The notes: a model not told the origin generated them from the sequence alone. Positions 38,705 through 54,765 are shown, numbered from the stretch's first letter. The stretch: 64,000 nucleotides of DNA from Schmidtea polychroa (GCA_044892525.1 CM097885.1:40054001-40118000); one strand, 5' to 3'. Numbers and translations: made by a program.

Positions 38705-41700
38705 AAGCCTAAAAAATTACTGATTTTCATTATAATATGAAGAATCGACTATTTTACACATATTTTTATATACGGAGAAACAAGCTACAGACATTATTCT
38801 AATTTTTTCTCAAAATAGTGATTATTAAGAGTCAAAACAATCAATTCGATTTATGCTTCAAAAAATTCCAAAGATTCTGATTATTGGTCGATCCCGGAGT
38901 TAAAAAACATAATTCAAATAAATAGGTAAGCCATTGGAGCAAATAGTTAACAACAAGAGAAGGAAAAGATCAGCTAAATTTCGTATTTAAGTGAACATGA
39001 CTTATTTCAGGTCGAAGATTTCCAAAAAATAAACTGCAGAAAATACTCATTTATATATTTGAATTAAATTCTAAGTATATTAGATCTTCATTATCATATA
39101 TGGTTCTTAAACATTTCAAAACTTTTGTAATTGTTGGTAATTAATTATTGCTAAGAAAATTAAAGTATTTTACCACCGAAAGTTATCATTGCCCATATAA
39201 CATAACTTGGGGTCATACTAGTTACTCAGCTCTTAATAAAACCCGATATAAATATGCTTTGTGTATGGACAAAGAATATTTACAATATAAAATTACCTAA
39301 GTTGGAAATATTATTATGAAGATTTCAAAATTTTCTGAATTTAAAAAACTCAAAATTGACCGAACTTTCATACGATAGGATTTGAAGAATTTAAATAATT
39401 TACAATGGCAAATCTTTTCTTTTTTAATCGAAAACTTCTTTAACATTAATATTCACTTTGTTTCAAAATTATATGATATTTATGAATAAAGAAAACCCAG
39501 TATACACTTTTACTGTCTGTTGGCAGGCCAAATAATGATTAGTTCGGACTGCCGAGAAATTCTGCAGCGTTTTACTTTCACTGACTGAGAATTGCCCATA
39601 AGCAGGCCATACCCCATTTATATATCAATCCTGATCAAATCATGCTTTGTGAGTCACATGGGGCTCTGTAAAGACCTTAATGTGGTTCAATCAACATATG
39701 TAGCAGAGGTAGTTTTCTCATTTTTTAATCTAATAAATTTTAAAAATCCAATAAATACATAAATTTAGTATTAAAATCCAGATGTTATTATTTAGTAAAA
39801 TCCACAATAGTGAGCAAGAGAAATGCATCTTTTGAAATGAGTATAAATGTAACCCAGTTTTTTTATTTTTAAGTTAATTTATATAAAAATGACTACATCA
39901 ATGATTTTTTAGATGATGGCGGGTGTGTATTTAATGATGCAGCCCGATATTCCGTAAGGATCTATACAATATTTTATTAGAGGTATTTTGTGCAGTTTAT
40001 TAACTAATACGGTGGAATTTTATCATAGTTTTTCTAATAATATATTTACAAAAATATATTTCGTTTGTCGTAATGCAACGATTAAGTTATACTACTGTTA
40101 TACGGAATATTTATAAAGAATATAAGGGTAAGAAATAAAGTTTTTGTAACACTTGGGTCCCTGGACACGTGCCTAGTGAATTATCTGGAACTGAGTATAA
40201 GGACATTTTATTCTGATTACTTATATAAATATTATTCTAGATATGTATAATTATTAGTTTTAAACTAATTTTTACTTTCTTAAGTAAAACATTTCTCATG
40301 ATCTGTTTCATAAATCCACCAAAAGTAAAAACCTAATTTCTTTATAATACGATTATAAATTAGTAATTCCTTTGATGTTCTCTCATTGCTGATTGATTTC
40401 TCCAATAATTATATTTACTGTGGTATGACTCCAAGAAATTTTGTATATTTGTGTTGAATAATCGTTAAACATTCTTAGTAAAAATTCTTTCGGTTAATAT
40501 AATATAAATATTATTTTTAGAGTTTTTCTTGATCGAAACTTAATTATAGCAAATGTGAATATTTATACAATTTGATTAATTTCCATTTTCTCTGAATAAA
40601 TAGATAGTGTATCAAACATTTGAAATAAACTATATTTCACTGTGTACGTATATATTTAAAAATTAAATATTAACTTAAAAGATTAATTATATAAAATATT
40701 TTTAAAATAGTATTTTAAAATAATAAATTTAGTATGTTGATGCGAAAAAATGTATGAAGAATGAAATCAATATTTGATACTTAAAAAACTCCTCGAATAT
40801 AATGTGTTTTAATAAGATTGTAAAAAGATCGTGTTTTTATTAAATAAATTATTGGAAGATTATTATTTTATGGGCATGATAAATACAAAATACACCGAAT
40901 GTATTGGCTGAAAAAATCCGAGAATATACATTTAGTTTGGTTTTAATCTAAATTCCAAACAACCATATCCTGAAATCTTGGACACCTTAAAAATATTGTT
41001 TAATTGAAATATCAAAAAAGAAAACATCAAATATGACAATATATTTTTACTGATAAATAAAATACTCCATTTTTTTGTAATCTAAATGATAAGAACTGGT
41101 TTAATTATTGACAATTTCCAAAAGTCTAATAATATAGATCGATTGCTCATTGATCAACTTGACGATCAAAATATTTGAAAGGTCACAATTGCAACAGTCA
41201 TATATCAACGATCAAAATGCATTCAATTCGTGCATTTTCAAATTCTATTAATTCTACAATAAATTGTCTTTAAAAACCTAATGTTTATTTTTCTAAAAAC
41301 AAATTAATTGAATAATCTTTACCGTAATTTATTGCATGAAAATTAAATTTATTCATCACAATTTTGTTGAATAAAATATTTAACTATCAGCGCACTACGT
41401 CAAATTTTGAAACATCGTTTTTCTAGCTTCATTTCTATCAAATGTATTTTGATTTGCTACAGTTGTTGCATATCATACGTATAATTTAAAATGACCATGT
41501 TTCTTAAAACTAAAAGAATTAAATTTTTTGATATGCAATATTTTTAAAACTGATACATTTTGGGAAACCTAAATAACGGCCACAATAAAAAGATTTAATA
41601 ATAAAATAACTTAAAGTTTCTATCTCGCCTGAATTGATTCAACATATTTTATCAATTATGACTTAAATCATATGTAAAGGATTGAAACTTGAGCTGCATA

Positions 41701-41759
41701 ATCATTCGCATCTTCGCCAGACTAACTAAAGCTATAAATTGGAATTATTTTTTAGACAC

Positions 41760-42216
41760 GTTTCCAAATACATATAATTTTGTTGAAACTTTTATTTTAA
41801 ATTATGGTTTATTGTTGCAAACAGAATAAATAAATTCACAATATTTTATATTTTACATCTAGAACAGTAATTCTGGTCATTTCATATTATAATAAATAAA
41901 AATAAATTTATTACTTAATTAGAAATCCTTCGTTACCTTAGCTACATTCTGAAACGACTTCTGTCGTTATAAGGCTATTATACAACGATATAATTATCAA
42001 ACGTGTTCCATTACAGAGTCTGCTGGATTTGGGTAATAATTGAATTTGTGCAATTGTACATATAAGCCTTTGGTGGAGTTTTTTTAAGAATGTTTTATTA
42101 TTAGCACGCCTATTAACTTTTTCAATTGTTTTGCTTTTAATATTCTGACCATAATTGTATCGATAATCTTTACTTGTATCACCATGTAGCTTGAAATCGG
42201 AACCTTCATTAAACAT
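41760..42216 (-). pseudogene. Helitron PIF1-like helicase C-terminal remnant
   Basis: RLCNGTRLII motif typical of PIF1/Helitron helicases; surrounding sequence degenerate. Confidence 0.6.
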
Positions 42217-42934
42217 TTAATAATTATGCATGATGTTAACGTTTAACGTTAAATTTATAAAACTTTAAAATGTCCGTGTTTATTACATAAAAACTGAGTG
42301 AGTCGTTAAAATTTTTATTATGATTATTATTTAAAAATTTATAGATACATTAGATAAAGCTACTAAATTTGATAAATATCAACTAATTAATCCATTTTAT
42401 TTTTAATTTTCATGAAAACAAAAATCTAGTAATAACTCTATATTTGGCAGTAAAACATTTCCAGAATTCAGGTTATGAAATTATTTCAACCAGATTAATA
42501 GATTAGTCAAAATTTGAAGAATTAATAGACTAATTCAATATTGATATATGAATAATTAAAATTCTGCTTTTTTACTGTTCTTTATTTTTATAAAAATTAT
42601 TTCACGAATATGTTGATTAATTACTCTTAATATAACACTTCATGCCGATGTTTCAGTAGTAAATATTATTCTAATATTATAGAATTGTCAAATATAATTT
42701 ATTTCAACATTTATATTTGGTCATGATCATGACAGTAATTGATATATATGACTTATTAACGTTTCAACTTATTTCCTCAATATCAGTTAAATATATTAAA
42801 TTAATATTATATAATTTAGTATTTAATGCGAAATTGTATTATATTCATTATAGATTTAAACAAACAATTTTTGAAATATTTAATTTTTATAAAATATGTT
42901 TTGTTTAAAAATGTATTTAATATTAAATAGTATT

Positions 42935-43300
42935 TGTGAGGTGTTTTCAGCTGAAAATTAAATATTTCAATGATTTATTAAGATAATTTTAAATTGTAAA
43001 TAATTGGCTATACAAATAACTTTTTAAACAATTTTTTAAATTTGATTTTTTAAGTAGAAATTTTTGAATTGAAAAATTGAAAAATTAAAATAGCTTTTTG
43101 AAAAAAGTTTTATTAGTGAATGATTTTTAAATAAATATATTTTACATATCGAAATTTTAATAAATGGTTTTGAAAATATTTTATTCAACGCTGAAAATTT
43201 GTTTGAAAATTATACAATATTTCATTAAATAAATACTTGGAATTATGACGTTAACTTTTGAACCGGATTTAATTAGAATATGTGTTTGCAGCTTCTAATA
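42935..43300 (+). mobile_element. Solo LTR
   Basis: Homologous to 28168-28490; 5-bp TSD GTATT on both sides; ends TGT...AATA. Confidence 0.85.
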
Positions 43301-43343
43301 GTATTAAATAGTATATCAGTATTAGACTTATTAGAAGGATTCA

Positions 43344-43790
43344 TTAATTATAAGTTATTGTTGTTTTTAGGCATAGATGTAAAAAACGACAGGAATGAAT
43401 TAAAAAACGATAAGAAACGTGTAATTTCATTAAAAAATAGTTTAAAACTTCAATAGCCTTTTTGAAATATTTGCTTTTTGCAACGACAAATGGAATAGCG
43501 TTTGCAAAAAATAGACGCGCAATTGCAGAATCGGCCAGCTGTTTTGACCCAGTCGCTTTGTCCAACGCGTCTCGTTTTCTTTTCATTGCATATTGGTTCG
43601 CCCTTTCAATATTATCTTCTTTAATCATATTTTTTATATCGGCCGGCCCTTTTTCACATGATTTTATATTGATATCGTCTCCTTAAAGATGACCTATAAT
43701 ATTGGCAAATTCAGATTTTTTTCTCTCTTGTTTATCACAGTAACGTGAATCCATTCTGTACTCCTTTCTTTTGGCATTTGGGATAAAGAA
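43344..43790 (-). pseudogene. hAT-like transposase N-terminal remnant (BED-finger type)
   Basis: MPKERSTEWIHV start and ADSAIARLFFANAIPFVVAKSKYF motif. Confidence 0.55.
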
Positions 43791-46700
43791 ATATATTGTT
43801 TTCGTTATACTTTATATAATCAAAATTTCTGGAAAAATAAAATTTTAACCAAAAATGGCATTTCGAAAAAACATCTTTTTAAAAACTGATGAATGCATCC
43901 CCGTTGATACAGATCGACCACAATTTTGTTATTTTTGAACAAAATTATTAATTAACCATTGTTTTTTATAAATCTTATTTCTTGTAGGCCACTTCAGTAT
44001 GGCAGTTTTTTTGCTTATAAACAGAAACTTACGCAATATTAGGTTCATTAGTTGAATTCGAGAAAATACGGAGGCGATGAAACAGATATATGACAAAAAA
44101 ATAATTAAAAAAAAGTATAATAATAAAAAACGGGAAAAAACGATGGTTTTTGGGAATAATAAAAAAACGGAAAAAACGGTTTTTACATCTATGATTTTAG
44201 GGTTATTTTGAGTACGCCAATTATTCGGCAATTTTGAATGATTTTTAAACAAATGACAAAATGATAGGTAATATCCAATTACAAAGCGTTCTTTCTTTAC
44301 AGAGCATTCCAACACTATTGGAAAAAATGATAGCAAAAATACACAATTCATTAATAAATTTTAGAAAACCAAAATATTAGGAATACAATAAACAACATCG
44401 TGTTGGCCTAGTATGAAGTGAGTTAAATATATGGAGTGTAAGAAAAATTATCTAAAATAACATAAGATATGGGTTATTCTATAAAGGAATTAAAGATATT
44501 AGTAAAATAAGAATCGATAAATTGTATAAAAATGTAATGTGTTTGCAAAAGTTAAATCAACAAAAAAAATTATCAATAATTATTTGGAAATTTTTTAATG
44601 GATTCTGCAGCTTCAGATTTTGAAAAGACTACACGATGAAGCTTACTATAGATTTAATATTACCTTACCAAAATACTGAAAAATTGAGTAAAACAGTCTT
44701 GTTCTTTGAATATGTTTGTAACATTTTATAATTTCAATTTTAATATAAAAATGTCATTTAATTAAAGTTTGTATTGATCATACTTTTTTGCCGTTATGTT
44801 TAACTCAACGAGTTCTAGAAACGTATCGTAATTGTTAACCGTAGTATTAAATAAATTTATATATAACAAATAGATGTGATTTTTAACATTTCATATATAT
44901 TGAAATGAAATCGGAAATTATAATATAAATGACGAAAAATAAAAAGACCTTGATGTGAATATGAAAACAATTTATTCGCATTTTATATTGCGTCCGAGTT
45001 TCGAATCTCTTGTCGTGCACAAATGTGAATGATTTTCGTATTCTTCGTTCTATCGACTGAAAAACAGTTCTGTCAATATTCTCGATTGATTGTTTTCAAT
45101 AGTCATCACAGGTTTAAATAAATCACAATTCGTTGACGTCATTTTTGCGTCATTTTGATTTTTAATTTTTAATTGCATTCACAAACTTCTTGTTTCTAGG
45201 CACGATAGAACGGTTAGCTCTTGTTTCTCACCAGTTGTCTTTATCCGAGGTTAAATCAATTTGAATAAGTAATATTATTAAATGCGTCGTTAATATTTTG
45301 TCAAGTTTTACGATAGTATAGGAATTCTTTTCAATGTTTAAATAAATCCAAAATCAAGTTAGTGCTTTGATAGTTTCCACTGTATCTTTTGTTATAGTTG
45401 AAGGTTGAGTATGAAAAATAGAAGTTATTTAAATTTTAGAAAAGTATATATAATGCTATATATTTGTTTTCAAAATTTTGTGATGTAAATCGTAAAGTTT
45501 AAGTAAAACTATATTTGGCAAAACTTTAAATATTGCGGATTATCTATGGGATTTTTAAATTTTTTTGTTAATTTTGGTTGAAAATAACACTTGCTAGACG
45601 GTCTGCTAAAAATTTGTGTAAAATAAATATAAATATTGAATTCGTATGGACTAAAGATAGGGGAATTATTTAAAAGCAAATTGGTTTGCTGATTGTCTAT
45701 TAATTTAATAAGTTTTTGTTTGAAATTTTTCTTCTGTATCATAAGTGGAAGTTTTAATATAATTTTTCATTTCATTAAATATATTTTTTGATTTAGAAAA
45801 GGGAGATATGTAGGTAAGAATAAAGGTGTGTTGTAATTCAAATAATTTATGCATTTTTAATTATTCATGGAATGAGAACATTAACAATTGTTTTCATCTT
45901 TACTAGCCTTAAAAACTTCAAATGGTTTTAAATGAATTTCCCAAATCACTTCATCATATGGCCCCTTCTAAGTTTAAAATTTTAAAAATTGATTTTATCA
46001 AAATGTATCATATATAGAAAGAAATCGAAATTTTTGCTGCCTTATATTTCTTGTGTTGTTTCTTCTTCCTTTTTTAAACGCAAATATAATTCCCGAGTCC
46101 ACTAGCAAAATCCATAAATAAACATTTATTTATCAATAAATATTTTTTAAATATATTAAATTTACAAAAATCATTCCTAAACTGAACTCCCCACTCTAAT
46201 AAATTAACTGAATTAAATAGTTGTACTAAAGGATTGGGATACTAAATACAATTTTATTATATTTACTAATTTTATAGACAATATCTCCCAGATTGACGTT
46301 TTTAATAAACAATACATTTTATAAATTGATTTTTTATTGTAAATAGTGTTCCTAACTGAACGGAGCGCGGCAATGGGAAAATGTTACTGTGATAACAATA
46401 GCAATGCTATATTTAGTATTGTAGCATATGTTTTGATGATTGTTTTTGTTGTTTTATTATATACTTCTGTTGCAATACCTTATTGAGCTTATTATCTTCT
46501 GTCATTATTTCTCATAGTTTATGTATTTTACTGCTTGTGTTTATGAAGTAACTTTTATTTTTTATTTACTAAATCGATTTAATTGTTCTGAATTTATATT
46601 GAAATTCTGAATCTAATTAAATCCTAATTTGTTTTTGTTTTAACATTATTTTTTCTATTCTTTATGTTTCATTTAATTTAAGAATTTAATTCCGAAGTTA

Positions 46701-47040
46701 TTTAACTTTATATTGTCACATTCAAAATTCACCGACCATTGGTGATTTTTAAAAAAATTTCAAATGGGAAAACATTTTTGCTATTTCATTATTAGAATGA
46801 AATGTTCATTATTGAATTTTCATTAATTTATTTTACAATCTATTTTTAATCATTTATTTCATCACATTTAATTAATGTAAATTTGATATTATTATATAAA
46901 TTCGACACAATTAAATTTCGAAATATGTTTGTTAATTTAATTCAGTATCGAAATGATGAGATTCTGCAATTAAATCGTTGAATCTCGTGTTTTATTTGTG
47001 ATTTAAATTTTAAAATTCTTGATCTTTTATGAAAATTATA

Positions 47041-47744
47041 CATGGGTCATTCAACAAGTACCTCGACTAACTCATAAAAAAGTGATTTAATAACATTCTA
47101 GTGAAATCGTAATATATTATCTTTAGTTACAAAAATATAGTTTTTTTAATATCTACCTACATAGTAGCGTGGTTGAGCACCATTTCAATTTATTTGTCAA
47201 ATTATGCTACATCCTGTTGAATATCGAAGTGTGATTAAATTATTTGTTTTGAGCGTTAACAGTCAGCAAATATGGAATCAGTTGCAGATAACTTATAGCA
47301 ATATATACCCCTCTCTTAACACAATCTGTGATTGAAGTAACCAGTTCAAACATGCAGGCGTAATTCCCGAAAGCCACATCTCATTCTGTTGCTCTTCCAA
47401 GACAACTCCTGAATCCACAAAGATGCGTAAACGATGGTAGTGATTGAGGAAAATGGATTTGTTCTTCGATCTAGGGTCTCGATGAGGCACATGAAAAAAC
47501 ATTTACGAGAGAAAATCTACCAAAATTTGGCAGGTTCACAATAGTGTGAGACCTTTCTTAAAAAATCATAGGTCAATTTTATTTAACAATGCCTTTTTTG
47601 AACTCTTGGATCGCTGGAGGAAATGAGTGGACTACAATGGGCCTTATGAAAAATAAAGTTTACACTCTTACTATTATGTTAAAATATAGCTTTCTTGTTG
47701 GTTTTCTTTAACACCTACTCTGAGTACTTATTGAACGTACCACG
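47041..47744. mobile_element. Tc1/mariner-like deletion derivative
   Basis: Imperfect TIRs CATGGGTCATTCAACAAGTA / TACTTATTGAACGTACCACG, each flanked by TA. Confidence 0.5.
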
Positions 47745-49731
47745 TATACATTTTATTAATTTGGTAGAAATAAATATGTTTTACGCTTACTACAAAGCAA
47801 ACAATAATTTTTAGCGTTTTATAATTAATAGTAATTTAAAACTATTTATTACGATGTGTTACTGTATTCCTGAAACTTTTTGTTCAATTATATTAATTTA
47901 AAAATATTTTCAAGTTTATGTTAAAACAAGATTATTCAAAATAATAACATTTAGGTATTATCTGGGTATTATATTTTTGAAATAAATCTATTTTTATGAT
48001 AAATTGACAATTTTTTTAACATTTGCTGACATATCCCACACTTTTGCATGTTCTAAAAAATGTCCTATATTTTTAAAATTATAAAAATTTTTTCTATTTC
48101 CTTGACATTTACTAATGATCAGTATTATACTTTTTACTTAATCAAGATCCAATTCACAGGCTCATAATCTCAAACAATATTAGTTGAAATTGAATGACTT
48201 GTGTCTGATAGGTCGTGCGTCGTTGTCCAATTTTATAGAATACCGGAATAGAGATAAAGTATATAAATGATTAATTGGTGTCAGCTAATATTTCTAAATA
48301 AGAATTGAAAATATATAAATAAAATATCGTTTAGATACAACCTCAATCAGATCTTCTTATTGAATAGGAATAAAATTATTTTCTGAAACTTATTTTAGTA
48401 CTTTTCAAACAGTTAAAAATGTTAAAATATTGTAATTTACTGATCAACTAACTAACCACAGGAAATTATTTGTGATCAATGATGAAAAGAAAGATATTTA
48501 TATTTCATATTAATCAGTATAAATGACCTTTTTTTAATACTATATATATTTTAAATAACAAACATTTATTTTCCCTATATTTATCTCGCGAAGATTATGT
48601 TAAAAACACTAACTCAATTTAATTTTCCAAAATTCGAATGGAATCTCTAAGGCATTTTTGAATATAAAATTATTTGAAAATATTTTCAGTAAATTTTTAA
48701 CGGTTTTTCATGAAAGTTTCAATCTACTTTTATAAGGTCCTTGTAAGGTAGATTTCGTTACCAATTTGGATCGTTATTGCCTCATTTGAATGTCAAATTA
48801 GTTGATCAATTTTCGAAGTTTGGCCTAACTTTTTATTAAATAGAAAATCTTAACCCGTTCTTTACCAGTACTTCATATTTCGAAAATTCTGATCCCATGG
48901 GAAGGTATATTATCATTCAAGCAATATATTTTATCAAAGAGACATCATTTTGAAATCAAAGTACTCGAAACCGTAAACTGATACAATGGTCATACTTGAT
49001 TTCATTCTTAACAATATAAAACATACATATTTGACGATAACTCATTCAATTGGAATAACATGACCAGTTGTTATTCATCCTTTTATGAATTTTGGACGTA
49101 ATTTTTGTTTCTATAATTGGTACACTTGTCCTCCTTTATTCAATATAAATTTAAAACCTAAACTGGAGCTTGGGGAAAAAAGAGAAATTGAAAGATTTTC
49201 CTAAATTTGATATTAAAATGAAAAACTATGGCGTTCAATTTTTTAATCAGCTAACATTATTAATTAAAAAGTGGAAAAATAAAAGTTCATATTATATCGA
49301 TTCATGGAACTAGTTTGTCTGATTGCACAAATATTGATTGTTCAACTGAAAGCTTAATAAAAAAATTGTCCACTGATGAGTGCTGATGACGAAATAAATA
49401 TGCAAATATCTTTAAACTTATCAAACGAAAAGCTAATGTCTAAAGCTTATGTCTAATGGACATAACAATATTTAATTCATATGTTGCCTTCAAGGAAATT
49501 CGAGATTCACAACAAGGGTTGTACAATTTCAAACTATAACGAATCAAACAATTTTTCGAAAAGTATAAAATAAATATTTCAATAGGAAGAATATTTTTTG
49601 TGATGACATTCTTTAGGTTGAAATTTCAATAAATATGCCACGGTGAGACTGGTTCTCAAATAAACCACATTTATTTTTCTTCATTGTAATGATTTATTGT
49701 GTTACTTCATGTTTTCGAGATTATACTAAAA

Positions 49732-50213
49732 TCTAATATATGAAGATGAAAGTTTGTTTGTTTGTTACCCATAGAATTCTCCACCGTTGGACCTAGGGTA
49801 CTGAAATTTTACATGTGACCCTCATTTGACTCAGGACAGGTCATAGGCTATGTTTCAACCCCAGATGACCACCTCTATGGTACCCTAACCCTGCTCAAAG
49901 TCACCTTGATTTACTACAGTAGATACCCCAATGAGGTGAAATTGGCAACAATGTTACAAATAAAAGTTGTAGATCACGATAGGTTTATAAAATAAGATTA
50001 TTTCAATTTTTTCATTTGACCCATTTTTTACCGGTGCCGTTTTAATTTTTACATTTAAATAGATATAAATGATATATAAATTACATGTACTTATTTTTAA
50101 TTAAATTTCTATGTATTTTTTAAATTATGTTTTTAAATGAATGGAAATAAATTTCTTTAATTTGAATCTGTTTACTATTTTTTAAATCGTGCAACGCCAG
50201 GTACCCTAGCTAG
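49732..50213 (+). mobile_element. Non-autonomous Helitron-like element
   Basis: A|TC start followed by (GTTT)n; GC-rich subterminal segment and CTAG|T end; no TSD. Confidence 0.65.
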
Positions 50214-51221
50214 TTTATCATAATATCAGAAAATGAAAATATATTTGATGTGATAAAACGATCCAAAGAAGCGAAAATTTCAATAAAATCAAATTTTTTT
50301 AATTAATATATAAACTACTAGTCTCAATTTTTTTCTTTTCAAATATGCTTTGCCAATTTTTTTTTAATAATTTAAGCCATATTTTAATTTAATAAAATTT
50401 GGTAATCAAAGAGTTAATCTAGTTTTTTTCTAATTTCAAGGTTAAATATTTGAAAAGGGCGTAAACACAAAATTACGAAAAATATTGTCAATCTGGTTAG
50501 ATAGGGTCTACGTAATTTAATTTGTAATTACAATCCCATTATTTTGTATTTCTTTTTATTTTGTCAATGACCTATATTTGCTTAAATCCTTATTGCTAAA
50601 GATTTTGAATATTTAAGAATTCCCAGCGATTAGTTTTAATTTACTTTTTTCAATTTCATTTTTTATGAATGTCATACATAATAATTTTCTGATCGTTATT
50701 AAATACACAAACTGAATGAGAGGCTGTCTCACAAAATTAAGGGAGAATCTGAATTCGTGTGTAAAATGAGATGCTACTAGCAATCATAGGAGATAATGCA
50801 GTGAAATTCATTAGAGTTCTTTTATTAGCCTAAAAAGGAAGTCAACATTTGGCTAGCAGATGCTTTATCGAATGCACGTAAAATATAATTTGATTATTCT
50901 GATTGAAATAAAATTTCAATTTATTTGATTTGTTTCAACCTTTAAATTACATTCGATATACAAATTTGACCTTGCACCTATTTGTTAAAATTTGATAAAA
51001 TATTCCTTATTTAATCTTATTAATGATTGTAATTAAGTCCAAATGACTTTATCATAGAATTTGTCACATTATACTCTCAATTATATACTCCTTCAATGAA
51101 ATAATTAACTTATTAAGTTTTTTTAAACAGATAACCTAATTCTATTGGAAATTGAAATGTTTGTATAGATATGATTTCATTAGCGTTCTGATATTTTTGA
51201 GACATCGTAATTTATATCAAG

Positions 51222-51800
51222 CAGGGGCGTAGCCAGTAATTTATTGAGAGGGGAGTTTTTTTAGAGAAATTTAAATTTTAACTATAAACAATTTTTAAAT
51301 GGAAATTATTTTTATTGTCTTACATTTATTTTGCAAAAATCAGACATTAAAGTTTATTCTTCGAGCTACTTTTGACATTTCAAAAATTACTCCATCGACA
51401 CTTATCTTTTCATTGCGGTAAACACTTAGCAATTCAATCTATTCAGTCGCTCTTCAGTCATGGTAGTGGTATGAAATTTTTCCTTTAACTCATAAGATAA
51501 ACTTGCAACCAAAGAAATGAAGATCAATTCTTTGTAAAATTCCGATGGCTCTGATGTTGAATTAACAATTCGAGGTCGTCCACAATTCTTTGGTTTTGAA
51601 ATTTGAATGTCATAATTTTCTGCAATATTCATTGCTTTGAAGAGGATTTCTGCAAACGCCGTCATAGATTCTGTTTCAATTGTTTGGAAGTATTCAATAA
51701 TATTTTGAGACATTTCAACTAAAATTTTATTGCCTGATTAATACGAGTGTAAAAGTTGCAGGATGCATTCGCAAATGCATTCATCGTAATATATCTGAAG
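51222..51800 (-). mobile_element. hAT remnant (one terminus plus transposase fragment)
   Basis: CAGGGGCGTAGCCAG terminus similar to the other hATs here; ORF 51426-51713 resembles the hAT C-terminal half. Confidence 0.6.
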
Positions 51801-52687
51801 CAAGTGTACGATTTTAACTAGTTTGTTTAAACTATAGTTGTTAAGGCGTCATTATGAAAATATTTGGTTCGAGTTTATTATGTTGAGCAACTGAGTTTTT
51901 CAAAATAAAATTTAATTGTGACCTTGGTTTATGATTAAAGCTTGTGGTGAGTCTGGGCATTAAAAAGTTTAAAAAGCACTGATTTTTGTAATATCATACA
52001 TTAGTGTTATGAAATAACTAGATGAAAAGATATCTTTGTAAATAGTTTTAAAAAGTTTAATTCGATTACAAGTTGTGATGGTTTTTAGAATGCATTTTCT
52101 TATATTTTAAGCATAATTTCAAAATATCATTTTCCAATATTTTTAAACATTGAGCCCAATGTGAAATCTTTATTAAATTGTTATTATAAATGATGTTCAT
52201 TTAAAGGAAAACCAAATACGATTTTTAAGACAACTTTCAAAATATGAATCATTTGCTATATGTATTTCAAAGGCGATTTTCAGATTCTACAATATAATTA
52301 ACAAATCCCGAATTTCTCTAATATAATTAATTTTATCATTAAAATATCTATTGCAGAACTTTAAAGTAGTGTTAACATATAAAACGTATAACAGGGTATT
52401 TTTAACCGTTTTCCTTGGGTAACTTATTATGCTATATTATATTTATAATTATCTAATCAAATTTTAATTGAGATCTAAATGTTGCAACTGTTCTGAAACT
52501 GAAAATATTAAGATCATAATAACAATATCAGAAAAAAACGTTATGAATTTTTGTTATTTCTTGAAAAGTCGTTTTGAGCTATTAGTTTTGAGTTTTTTGA
52601 ATAATTTCGGCATGCTTCATTAGTAATGATGTTAGTGAGACACTTTTTCAATTAATATTTCAATTTGCAGTTAGAATGTGTTATTAA

Positions 52688-52908
52688 CCCTTAATAACCT
52701 CAATTATATTTTTATTTAGTTTTTTTATTTTTGTTTAAAGCTAGAAAACTTCATTAGAACACATCAATTGCTTGTTACAGCTCGACTGAGGTTTCTGTAC
52801 ATGCATAAACACTTCCCGGCACGATTTGTTTATACAAACCTGTACAAACTTCCAAATAACGAACCGATGCACTGTGATGCCAAAATCGCAACACTAGATT
52901 AATAAGGG
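52688..52908. mobile_element. piggyBac-like MITE
   Basis: TTAA|CCCTTAATAACCT ... AGATTAATAAGGG|TTAA. Confidence 0.6.
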
Positions 52909-54552
52909 TTAATAAAAACATTAATTGGTCTGTGAACAAATTATAAAATAATTATTTTTGAATATATTTTTATTAATTATAGAATTCAGATCCAATTTAT
53001 TATTTTTCAAGTCCGTAAACATGTTTTCATCAAATCGAAACATCCACAATGAACTACTATATTATAATTTAATAAATGATAAATAATAAATTTAATAAAA
53101 CTTGGTCAATTTAAAATTGACGATGATCAAATCAGAACAGTTTTATATAATAAGTTTATTTTAATTAACAAATAATAATAAATTTTTTTCCTAATTTGAA
53201 AAGGATTAAAAAATTCCACTTAATTGTCATGCGTCAACTATTCGAATAATTAGTATATGAGCTAATTCAGTGGAGTAAGACGGTAGTGATTCATGGATAT
53301 TGATTAGTACAATCTGTCCTACGCTGGACAAAATATTGAATCTTTTTAACTCGTTCATGATCTGCTTGAAGATAGTTTCCCATATTATGACTAATTAGTA
53401 ATGATAAGCACATATACGTATATATTATTATTTGTTTCAATCCTCCGAGATTTGAACTATAATCCGACATAAAGCGATCCTGTGGTGGTACACGCACCGC
53501 CTATTTTAAAATTGACGCGAGTGGTATGCATATCTATGTAACTATTTAGCTGATCTTTATTTCAAAAAAATTCATGAAAAATAAAATTTCATATTATCTT
53601 AACATTTTTTTATTTTTTATAAGTTTATAAATTGTTTATTAATAAATCATCTATTAGAAATTTATGTCATGCTGCGATCAGCATTCATTTCCAAACAAAA
53701 TATATAAAAAGCAACAAATTATTTTTGCACGCGAACAGTGCTTTTGGACTATTTGCTTTATTGAAAACATGAGATTAATATTTTATAGATATGAAAGTGT
53801 GAGTATAAATTTCAAATAATTAAAATTTTATTAACTGGATTTGATCGAATATATTAATGTTGAAATTGATTATAATAAAATATATTAGTTGTTCACTCCA
53901 TTTTGGAATAAATTTATCTGGCACCTATAAATTTAGGATTTAAAATCAAAGCTCGGACATTTTTTTTAATTTCTGGAAAATAGAATCCATCAAAATTTGG
54001 TTTTTATTAACAATCATTAATAATTTTTTTAATTTAATTACACAAATTATATTTTAACATTCACTTAGACCAATTATTGAGATTTGTAGGTAAATTTTTT
54101 ATTAGTAACATTAAGAAACTTACTTTATTAAAATATAATTTAATTGTTGTTAACATAAATTGTAAATTAATTAGAAAATTATTGATTTTTATATTCGTTT
54201 TGATTAATTTTCTTTCCCTAGACCAAGAAACCGGATACAAAAATTTAATTAATAAAACAGAGTTATTAAATTTTGTATTGGAGTGAAAATGACCTATTTT
54301 AGGTTAAATATTTCATTTAATAACCACTGCGAAAATGGCTTACCTATTTATTCATTTGAATTATATATTTTTAACTTAAATAATTTTAAAATTTATTATT
54401 AATTAACTCATTATAAATTAATGATATTATTTTGTTTTTATATTTGTATAAATAATTGAATCAAATTAAATTAAATTAATTTAAAATTAATTTGATTGAT
54501 TAAAATAGTGAATTTATATTTTTAGTCAAATAATCGCAGACACAGTTATTAT

Positions 54553-54710
54553 ATGGATCGAATAAAAGAAAACAATGCAATTATTGTGCCAATAGATAGT
54601 ACTCTGAAAAATATAAGTAACAATACATTGGATAAAGTCACAATAGCAAAAGTGGCTCTAGAGAATTATTACACTACTCTTGCTAACCAATGTAAAGATC
54701 GTGAAATGAG
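54553..54710 (+). CDS. STK38: NDR-family Ser/Thr kinase, coding exon 1
   Basis: MDRIKE...ISNNTLDKVTIAKVALENYYTTLANQCKDREMR matches the NDR N-terminal MOB-binding region; GT donor at 54711. Confidence 0.88.
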
Positions 54711-54765
54711 GTAATAAAATCATTGGAAATCAAGAATGCTTCTTTGAACTGTCATTTGTGTTCAG

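Noticed and set aside
53470..53530. GTGGTGGTACACGC resembling the 5' end of SRP/7SL RNA
   Set aside because: Match is too short and the rest of the structure is absent
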